Positions 43,139 to 50,393 of a stretch of 64,000 nt of DNA are shown here, one piece after another. The position numbers were made by a program, and so were the translations under genes. The notes beneath the pieces are model-generated. The model saw only the letters and a list, made by a program, of their open reading frames with translations. It was not told where the DNA came from and made no database searches. The DNA comes from Bryobacterales bacterium. Lineage in GTDB: Bacteria; Acidobacteriota; Terriglobia; Bryobacterales; Bryobacteraceae. The DNA lies in the NCBI GenBank assembly GCA_963785255.1, contig CAWAUR010000003.1:443057-507056 (forward strand), read 5' to 3'. Position 1 is the stretch's first letter, and each line of letters begins with the position of its first letter.

Positions 43139-44146
43139 ATGGAACTGATCACGATTCTAAACCGCTGCCATCGTTTCCGAGGTTTTGTCTACCAGCACGC
43201 CCACTTCAGTGCCGACAAGAAGTGTATCGAAGTGGCCGTGCGACCGCGCACGGGTTCGGCCGCAGTCTGCTCGCGCTGCCATTTGCCGGCGCCCGGTTAC
43301 GACCAACTCTCCGAACGGCGCTTTGAGTTCATTCCCCTGTGGGGGTTTCTCGTCTTCCTTCTGTACACCATGCGGCGCGTCAACTGTCGCCGCTGCGGCA
43401 TTGTGGCTGTCGAAGAAGTTCCCTGGGGCGACGGCAAACGCACACTGACCAAAGCCTACATGCTCTTCTTAGCCCGTTGGGCGCGGAGACTGTCATGGAA
43501 AGAGACGGCGGAGGCCTTTCGCACCTCCTGGGACAAGGTCTTCGACGCGGTGGAACACGTCGTCACCTTCCAGCTAGAGCACCGGGTGCTAGGCCAAATC
43601 GATGCGATTCGTTTTCACATCGTGGCGAAAATGAACAAGGCACTGGACGAAATCCGAGCGGGAGAATCGCGCCGTATAGCGAGCGAGGGCGGTGTGCCCG
43701 TGCTGAAGAAGTCGCGCTGGCTGCTGCTCAAACGCGAAGAGAATCTGAAGACGGAACAGCGCTTCCGGTTGCGCGATCTGCTCCGTTACAACCTGAAGAC
43801 CGTACGTGCTTAGCTTCTTAAGGAAGCCCTTCAGCAGCTCTGGGATTACAGTTCGCCCGCATGGGCCGGAAAGTTCCTCGATGACTGGTGTCGGCAAGTG
43901 ATGCGCGCGCGCATCGAGCCCATGAAGAACATCGCCCGGTCACTTCGCCATCACCGCGAATTGATCCTCAACTATTTCCGCGCTCAGAAGCTGCTTTCCA
44001 GCGGAGTTGTCGAGGGTCTGAACAACAAGGCTAAAGTCACCATGAGAAAATCCTACGGTTTCCGCACCTTCCGCTGCCTCGAACTTGCGCTCTATCACTC
44101 ACTTGGCAAGTTGCCCGAGCCGGAATCGACCCACGAATTCTTCTGA
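43139..44146 (+). pseudogene. ISL3-family transposase, inactivated (in-frame TAG plus internal deletion)
   Basis: N-terminal zf-ISL3 (..VCSRCH..VNCRRCG..), ..RFHIVAKMNKALDEIR.., C-terminus ..NYFRAQKLLSSGVVEGLNNKAKV..R.SYGFR... TAG at 43811-43813 is in the same frame as ORF 43898. About 336 codons in total, and the DDE core region is largely absent. Confidence 0.75.
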
Positions 44147-44152
44147 CGAACC

Positions 44153-44360
44153 CTATTTTCAACTCCGCAGGCAGCAGATCGACCTCACCCTCTTCACAGC
44201 CAAGCTTGCGGACCTTGGAGATGCTACGCTGGAAAGCATAATTCAAGATCTCCCAAACGAATGGCGCCACGAAGACCTTGGCCGCGTCTCTGCTCATCTT
44301 CGTAATCTTCGCGACCACGCTTCCGAGTTCGAAAGACAGGTTCTGGAGAGACTAGCATGA
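44153..44360 (+). pseudogene. HipA-like kinase gene, 3' part
   Basis: YFQLRRQQIDLTLFTAKLADLGDATLESIIQDLPNEWRHEDL..ERLA*. It is in phase with the 5' part across the target duplication. Confidence 0.6.
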
Positions 44361-45227
44361 TACCGTATAGCTTCAGTGTGCTTCGCTACATTCACGACGG
44401 CGTGACGGCGGAATTCGTCAATGTGGGCATAGCCGTTTATGCAGGCGATGCGTCCTATCTCAAGGCAAAATGCAGCACTGGATACGGCCGAATCACTCGG
44501 CTGTTCGATCGCATCCGATGGCGATCGCTTTAAGCAGCTCGTCCGGTACATCGAAGAGGAAGTGACGGCTCTCGGCTATAAGCTGCGTCAACACACTCTT
44601 CCTTTTGCCGAACTCGGCACCACCATAGAAGCGCTCCTCAAGGCCGTGCTTCCACCGGATGATAGCGCGATCCAGTTTTCCCCGGCTGGCTATGGCGTAA
44701 CCGCTGACCTGGACACGACCCTTTCAGAGATGTACGAGCGCTACGTGGAGCAGTATGCTGGCGAGCAAGATGTACCGAGCCGGAGCGACGACGAGGTCTG
44801 GCGAGTATTCCGGACTGCTCTGGAGCAGCACCGCGTCCTATCAAAACTCGAGCCTAAGAAAATCACCGCTCCGGACTATGACTATCAATTTCGGGCCGCC
44901 TGGCAGAATAAGATTTGGCACGTATACGAAGCGGTGTCTTTCGATCTTGTGGAGCCAACGTCCTTATTGGAAAAGGCCAATCGTTGGGTTGGGCGTTCGG
45001 CGAGCCTTATCGAGAGTCAGGAGCCTTTCCGCCTGCACATACTGATCGGCATACCTCAGGATGCCCGCCTTCAAACGACCTTCAAAAAAGCGCGGAACAT
45101 CTTGAGAAAGATGGCTGGTGATCCCGAGTTCGTCATGGAAGACGAAGCTGAGTCCTTCGCGGCCGATTTAGCGCACGAAATAGGCATCCACGATGGTGAT
45201 TCCCGGCCCCTCTTCGAACTTTGCTAA
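44357..45227 (+). pseudogene. DUF3037-like protein gene with one frameshift (about 44515-44530)
   Basis: The ATG overlaps the kinase TGA. MIPYSFSVLRYIHDGVTAEFVNVGIAVY.. is the DUF3037-type opening (recalled from memory). This frame stops at 44531-44533 and the sequence continues in the frame of ORF 44439..45227. Confidence 0.5.
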
Positions 45228-45299
45228 TGGTAGTTTCGCCGAGTGTCGTCAGTGATACGCCTCGTCCCACCCATACGCGCAGTATGCTAATTAAGACTC

Positions 45300-46487
45300 A
45301 TGAATACAAAATTGTGCATGGGCGCACCCCTCACCGCGTTGGTTTTCGGCATCCTGGCCATTCCCAGCGAAATGCCGGCGCTCGATAACGGACTGGCGCG
45401 CACCCCGCCCATGGGTTGGAACAGTTGGAATAAGTTCGCCTGCAACGTGAGCGAAGACCTCATCAAACAGGCAGCCGACGCCATGGTTTCGAGCGGCATG
45501 AAAGACGCCGGCTTCCAATACGTCGTGATAGACGATTGCTGGCAAGTATCGCGCGACGGCGAGGGCAACATCGTGGCCGACGGCAAGCGCTTCCCTTCGG
45601 GCATGAAGGCGCTGGCCGATTACGTGCACGGCAAGGGACTGAAATTCGGCTTGTATTCCGACGCCGGCACTGGCACGTGCCAGAACCGTCCCGGCGGACG
45701 CGGCTACGAATTCCAAGACGCCCGCCAGTACGCCGCGTGGGGCGTCGATTATCTGAAATACGATTGGTGCAACCATAGCACGCAGGATTCGGCGGCGTCT
45801 TATTCCATCATGCGCGATGCGCTGGCAAAATCGGGCCGGCCCATCGTGTTCAGCCTTTGTGAATGGGGGTCCACGAAGCCGTGGCTGTGGGCGAAGGACG
45901 TGGGCAACTTGTGGCGCGCCACCGGTGACATCCTCAACAAGTGGGACGGCAGCGAGAAGTGGGGGGGGATGGGAGTGGTGCAGATCCTGGATGCGGTGAA
46001 CGGCCTGGAATCGTACGCCGGGCCGGGTCACTGGAACGATCCCGACATGCTGGAAGTAGGCAACGGCGGCTTGACCACCACGGAAAATCGCGCGCATTTC
46101 AGCATGTGGTGCCTGCTGGCCGCGCCGCTGATGGCCGGCAACGACATTCGCAGCATGAAGCCTGAGATCCACCAAATTCTCACGAATAAAGAGGTAATCG
46201 CCATCGATCAGGATCCGCTTGGCCGCCAGGGCCGCCGCGTGAAAAGCGGCGATGGCCTGGAAGTTTGGGCGAAGCAGCTTGCGAACGGCGGCCGCGCGGT
46301 GGCGCTGCTGAACCGTACCGGCGCGGACGCGAACATCACCGCCATGTGGACCGACATCGGATATCCGGCGCACCTTTCGGCCAAAGTCCGCGACTTGTGG
46401 GAGCACAAAGACCTCGGCGAAAAGACCGGCAGTTTCTCCGCGCCGGTGCCCAGCCATGGCGTGGTGATGGTGACCATCGAACCGTAG
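45300..46487 (+). CDS. Alpha-galactosidase, GH27
   Basis: Signal peptide, then LDNGLARTPPMGWNSWNKFACN..E.LI...AD.M...G....GY.YV.IDDCW.., ..YLKYDWC.., ..NDPDMLEVGNGG.. are GH27 hallmarks. Confidence 0.9.
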   Translation: MNTKLCMGAPLTALVFGILAIPSEMPALDNGLARTPPMGWNSWNKFACNVSEDLIKQAADAMVSSGMKDAGFQYVVIDDCWQVSRDGEGNIVADGKRFPSGMKALADYVHGKGLKFGLYSDAGTGTCQNRPGGRGYEFQDARQYAAWGVDYLKYDWCNHSTQDSAASYSIMRDALAKSGRPIVFSLCEWGSTKPWLWAKDVGNLWRATGDILNKWDGSEKWGGMGVVQILDAVNGLESYAGPGHWNDPDMLEVGNGGLTTTENRAHFSMWCLLAAPLMAGNDIRSMKPEIHQILTNKEVIAIDQDPLGRQGRRVKSGDGLEVWAKQLANGGRAVALLNRTGADANITAMWTDIGYPAHLSAKVRDLWEHKDLGEKTGSFSAPVPSHGVVMVTIEP

Positions 46488-46493
46488 GATCAC

Positions 46494-46537
46494 GTGGCAG
46501 ACCACGGAAAACGATGGTCTGCCCAGGTCTGCCCCAC
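46494..46537. repeat. GGCAGACCA..TGGTCTGCC palindromic repeat
   Basis: GTGGCAGACCACGGAAAACGATGGTCTGCCCAGGTCTGCCCCAC. Confidence 0.7.
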
Positions 46538-46555
46538 GGCGCTGGCGAGGAACAC

Positions 46556-48982
46556 ATGACTACAATCGCCGATCTTCGTTTTGCGTGGCGCGGCTGGTGG
46601 AAGAATCCCGTTCCGCCGCTCACTGCCGTGCTCACGCTAGCGTTGGGAGTGGGTGCAAACACGGCGATCTTCAGCGTGATCCATGCGGTGATGCTGAAGC
46701 CGCTGCCGTATCCGCAACCGGACCGGCTGGTGCAAATCTGGTCGGTGGACCTGGACCCGCACTCAGATCTGGGCGCGATGACGCATCGCGATAAACAACT
46801 GCTGAACGATAAGGAACTCGACCGTCTGCGGGAGTTGAGCCGCTCGTTCCAGGATATCGGCTACTACTTCCCGTGGATGAGCAACGTCAGCGCGCCGGGC
46901 GACGCCGAGCGTGTCTATGCCACGGTAGTTTCGCCGGGTATTTTCACCACACTGCGCGTGGCGCCGGTGCGGGGCCGCGCGTTCACCGCCGACGACATGA
47001 TACCGGGCAAAGATCGCGTCGTCATTTTGAGTGACGCGTTCTGGCACAGGCGTTTTCACGCCGATCCCGCAGCGCTCGGAAAAACCATCACGGTGGACGG
47101 GTTCCCGCGCACGGTGGTCGGAATTATGGCTCCCGGCTTTCGTTTAATCGCGCCGTCGATCAACGAACAGCCGGAATTGCTCGCACCGCTTTCGATCGTG
47201 ATGAGCGGGACCTTTAAAATGAATTCGGCGTTCTCAGTCGGGCGGCTGCGGCCGGGCGGGACGTTGGCTGCGGCACGTGCCGAGACCGCCGCATTGGCGC
47301 GTCAATTGCCGCCGCATGAATCCGGCCCGCCGGGCAAGCGCGGCCCGCGCGGCATCAACCTGGTTCCCATGGATGAAGAAGTAGCCAGCGGCATCCGTCC
47401 GGCGCTGCTTATTCTGTTCGCCGCCGCGGCTTCGGTGCTGCTCATCGCCTGCGGAAATATCGCCAGCCTGATGCTGGCGTCCACGGCGGGGCGCGCAGGC
47501 GAACTGGCGCTGCGTACGGCTCTGGGCGCGCGGCGCGGACGATTGGCGCGCCAGCTTCTTACGGAATCGATGGCGCTCGCGGTGGCCGGGACGGCGCTCG
47601 GTCTGGCGCTCTCGTTTTGGGTGGTGCGGGCGATCGTGCATCTCTATCCCGATCGCATTCCGCGCCTGGAATCGCTCCGCCCGGATCCCGCGGTCTTTGC
47701 GTTCACCGCATTGCTGGCTGTCGTCACCGCGGTTTTGGTCGGTGGCCTGCCCGCGTGGCGCTACTCGCGCGCCGACGTGCAGCAGGTGTTGAAGGGCTCG
47801 TCCACCGGCGGACGGCATGGCGCGAGCCGGTTCCGCGATCTGCTGATGACCGCGCAGATCGCCGCGACGCTGGTGTTGCTGATCGGCGCGGGATTGTTGT
47901 TGCGGAGCTTCCTATTGATGCGGGCTATCGATCCCGGATTCGAGCGGCATCATCTGCTGATCGCGCATTTCATGTTGGACGAAAAGAGCTATGGCGAACC
48001 CGCCAAGCAAGCGGCGTTCGTCAATCGCCTCATCGAGCGGATGAAGATGCTTCCAGGCGTGGAGGGCGCGGGCGCCACAAATTCGATGCCGCTGGAATTC
48101 AACTTACTCCTGGGCGTCACGGTGGCGATCGAAGGCCATCCGGAACTCAGCGATCAGACCGAGCTTGACTGCCGCGCCGTGACGCCGCATTTCTTGCAGA
48201 CGCTGGGGGTCGGCTTGGTGGCCGGCCGTTTCCTGGAGCCGGCGGATTCAGCGGCGGACGGCGGCGTGATGGTGAATCAGGCGTTCGCAAAGAAATATTT
48301 TGGCGGAGCCAATCCGGTGGGGCGTCATTTATATTTCCCCCCGCCGCACCCTATCGTGGGTGAAATCGCGGACATCCGCGATCTGAAGCTGGAACGTAAA
48401 ACGCTTCCGGCCATGTACGTTCCGTTCGACCGGCAGCCTTCGCAAATCGTGGATCTGGCCGTGCGCACGACGGCCGATCCGAAACTCCTGGTGAATCGAG
48501 TGCGCGCCGAACTGCGCGCCATCGACCCTAATCAGCCGCTGGGCAAGGTGACCACCATGGAAGACGTGCTCGATAAGGCGGTGGCCAAGCCGCGCTGGTA
48601 CGCCATTCTGATCGGCGCGTTCGCGGGCCTGGCGATGCTGCTGGCCGCGGTGGGCATTTACGGCGTGGTGGCGTACGCGGTGAGCCGGCGCACGCATGAA
48701 ATCGGCATCCGCATGGCGATCGGCGCGCAACCGCGCCACGTTTTGCGTATGGTGCTGCTGCGCGGGATGCTTCCGCCATTGGCAGGCGTGGCGATCGGAC
48801 TGCCGCTGGCGGGAGCGGCGTGCAAAGTGCTGGCGAGCTTCTTATACGGAGTCAAGCCGCTGGATGCGGCGACTTACGTGGCGATGGCGTTCATTGTTCC
48901 GGCAGTAGCAATGATCGCGGCGTATCTGCCGGCGCGCCGCGCAACCAAGGTGGATCCTATCGCGGCGTTGCGCTGCGAGTAG
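46556..48982 (+). CDS. ADOP-family duplicated FtsX/MacB-type ABC permease
   Basis: MTTIADLRFAWRGWWKNPVPPLTAVLTLALGVGANTAIFSV..A.+L.PLPYP.PDRLV.+W, plus two FtsX-like permease halves. This N-terminus is typical of the acidobacterial duplicated orphan permease family. Confidence 0.85.
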   Translation: MTTIADLRFAWRGWWKNPVPPLTAVLTLALGVGANTAIFSVIHAVMLKPLPYPQPDRLVQIWSVDLDPHSDLGAMTHRDKQLLNDKELDRLRELSRSFQDIGYYFPWMSNVSAPGDAERVYATVVSPGIFTTLRVAPVRGRAFTADDMIPGKDRVVILSDAFWHRRFHADPAALGKTITVDGFPRTVVGIMAPGFRLIAPSINEQPELLAPLSIVMSGTFKMNSAFSVGRLRPGGTLAAARAETAALARQLPPHESGPPGKRGPRGINLVPMDEEVASGIRPALLILFAAAASVLLIACGNIASLMLASTAGRAGELALRTALGARRGRLARQLLTESMALAVAGTALGLALSFWVVRAIVHLYPDRIPRLESLRPDPAVFAFTALLAVVTAVLVGGLPAWRYSRADVQQVLKGSSTGGRHGASRFRDLLMTAQIAATLVLLIGAGLLLRSFLLMRAIDPGFERHHLLIAHFMLDEKSYGEPAKQAAFVNRLIERMKMLPGVEGAGATNSMPLEFNLLLGVTVAIEGHPELSDQTELDCRAVTPHFLQTLGVGLVAGRFLEPADSAADGGVMVNQAFAKKYFGGANPVGRHLYFPPPHPIVGEIADIRDLKLERKTLPAMYVPFDRQPSQIVDLAVRTTADPKLLVNRVRAELRAIDPNQPLGKVTTMEDVLDKAVAKPRWYAILIGAFAGLAMLLAAVGIYGVVAYAVSRRTHEIGIRMAIGAQPRHVLRMVLLRGMLPPLAGVAIGLPLAGAACKVLASFLYGVKPLDAATYVAMAFIVPAVAMIAAYLPARRATKVDPIAALRCE

Positions 48983-49145
48983 GACAAGCCTCCTGGCTGT
49001 CCAGGGCGAGCGTTGCTCGCGTGGGGCGAGCGTTGCTCGCGTGGGGCGAGCGTTGCTCGCGTGGGGCGAGCGTTGCTCGCGTGGGGCGAGCGCTGCTCGC
49101 CTAAGAGCGGGCCTACGAGGCCCGCGCAGGCAGGGTGCCTGCCCC
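48979..49145. repeat. REP cluster including five tandem 20-bp hairpin units
   Basis: GTAGGACAAGCCTCCTGGCTGTCC, then five copies of (G)GGGCGAGCGTTGCTCGCGT (49001-49100), then GCGGGCCTACGAGGCCCGC, then GCAGGCAGGGTGCCTGCCCCACA. Confidence 0.85.
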
Positions 49146-49148
49146 ACA

Positions 49149-49460
49149 TCATGCCTTCGTCTTCGGCGGCACGTAATCCGGCGGCAGCGCGGCGCCTTCG
49201 CCGAAGAAGTAATCGTCCATCTGCTTCAGCAGAAATTCCTGCGCCTCTTGCGTCCCCAGGTTGAGCCGGTATTCGTTCATGATCATTTTCATGTGCTCCA
49301 CCCACATCTTCCAGGCTTCCTTGGAGACGTTCTCGTAGATCTTTTGGCCCAGCGGATGCCCTTCGAACGGGACTTCGTCCAGCCCCTGCATCTCGCGCTG
49401 AAACTTGACGCAGAATACCTTGTGCGCGCCTTGGGGTATTTCGATACTGACCGGATTCAT
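49149..49460 (-). CDS. yggX: Fe(2+)-trafficking / oxidative damage protection protein YggX
   Basis: ..VFCVKFQREMQGLDEVPFEGHPLGQKIYENVSKEAWKMWVEHMKMIMNEYRLNL... is colinear with E. coli YggX (..[35 protein letters not shown]..W...Q..LINE..LN). Confidence 0.85.
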   Translation of the reverse strand: MNPVSIEIPQGAHKVFCVKFQREMQGLDEVPFEGHPLGQKIYENVSKEAWKMWVEHMKMIMNEYRLNLGTQEAQEFLLKQMDDYFFGEGAALPPDYVPPKTKA

Positions 49461-49520
49461 CGATCCGCCGCCGCATCCCATGTGCCTATGTCCTCGCCAC
49501 TCCAGGATACTACGGCGCGC

Positions 49521-49611
49521 TGTGGGGCAGGCTCGTAGCCTGCGCGGGCCTCGTAGGCCCGCTCTTTTGGCGCGTTGGCGCGCCGTGGACAGGCCGGGAG
49601 GCCTGTCCTAC
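49521..49611. repeat. Composite REP cluster (intact reference copy for the intron target)
   Basis: TGTGGGGCAGGCTCGTAGCCTGCGCGGGCCTCGTAGGCCCGCTCTTTTGGCG ... GGACAGGCCGGGAGGCCTGTCCTAC. Confidence 0.85.
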
Positions 49612-50192
49612 CCAGTCATGTTCCACTGGGAGATGACGCGCGTATCGCGCTCGTAACCCAGCACGCTCAGCGACGCCGTCGAAAGCGCGAAGAACCTGCC
49701 GGCATCCGGCGCAAGGCCCAGCCAGCAGGCCGTCAGTATCCGCAGCAGGTGCCCGTGCGCGAACAGGGCTACGTCGCCGCCCTCGCCGGCCGCACGCCGA
49801 ATCACGCGCTTCGCCCGCGCGGCCACCCGCTCGATGGTTTCACCCCCCGGCACCGGCGAGGTCCAGATGGTCCAGTCTGGGACAAGCTTCTGAATCTCGG
49901 CGCTGGTGTGGCCTTCATACGCTCCGTAATCCCATTCCTGCAGGTCCGGCTCGTCTTGCGCCACGTCGCCATAGCCCGCCAGGCGGCACGTGTCGCGGGC
50001 GCGCGCGAGCGGGCTGGTCAGCACCAGGGCAAAGCGGCGCCCCGCCAGCCTACGTCCGATATCTTCGGCGTGCCGCCGGCCGGCGTCCGTAAGCGGGAGA
50101 TCGGTGCGGCCCGTGTGTTGCCCCGAGAGGCTCCACGCGGTCTCACCGTGACGAATCAGCCAAATTTCCGGATGGGAATTGTTTTCGGGCAT
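49608..50192 (-). CDS. Histidine phosphatase family protein (phosphoglycerate mutase-like)
   Basis: ..EIWLIRHGETAWS..G.HTGRTD.PLTD.G...A..+G..L......+VLTSPL.RA..T.., ..LFAHGH.LR. RHG catalytic motif. The TAG stop lies in the REP. Confidence 0.85.
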   Translation of the reverse strand: MPENNSHPEIWLIRHGETAWSLSGQHTGRTDLPLTDAGRRHAEDIGRRLAGRRFALVLTSPLARARDTCRLAGYGDVAQDEPDLQEWDYGAYEGHTSAEIQKLVPDWTIWTSPVPGGETIERVAARAKRVIRRAAGEGGDVALFAHGHLLRILTACWLGLAPDAGRFFALSTASLSVLGYERDTRVISQWNMTG

Positions 50193-50286
50193 GCTAATGA
50201 TAAAGCATACCCGATGGAGAGAGGATAGGGAACGCGCCCGTTGCCCCGGCGTAGCTCAGTCGCTCCGCGCAGCCAGGGCGTATGGT

Positions 50287-50364
50287 TCAGATTTGCGCGT
50301 TCGCGTAGCTCGCGATCTCGCAATTAAACGAGATTTCTTCAAAGTCCGGCGTCGTCCACTTCAT
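50287..50364 (-). CDS. pqqA: PqqA-like peptide (PQQ precursor-type, 25 aa)
   Basis: MKWTTPDFEEISFNCEIASYANAQI. MKW..P plus an E-x-x-x-Y core, as in known PqqA peptides (compare MKWAAPIVSEICVGMEVTSYESAEI..). AAGGAGAA SD 7 nt upstream. Too short for the supplied ORF track. Confidence 0.65.
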   Translation of the reverse strand: MKWTTPDFEEISFNCEIASYANAQI

Positions 50365-50393
50365 GTTCAGTTCTCCTTTGCTCTCGGCGAAGG

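Larger units (their letters stand above)
40919..44152 (+). mobile_element. ISL3-family element with passenger operon (defective transposase)
   Basis: 23-bp imperfect terminal inverted repeats (16/23 by hand). Flanked by 8-bp direct repeats CTATTTTC (40911-40918, 44153-44160). The ISL3-like transposase ends inside the right repeat. Confidence 0.75.

Noticed and set aside
49001-49100. Regularly spaced 20-bp repeats as a possible CRISPR array
   Set aside because: The units are directly adjacent with no spacers and the period is only 20 bp. The unit is a known component of the local REP clusters, and no cas genes are present.
50246-50280. tRNA-like string GGCGTAGCTCAGTCGCTCC next to the pqqA-like gene (possible tRNA or att remnant)
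   Set aside because: Only the TAGCTCAG D-loop-like octamer matches. There is no complementary D-stem, anticodon arm, T-arm or acceptor stem.
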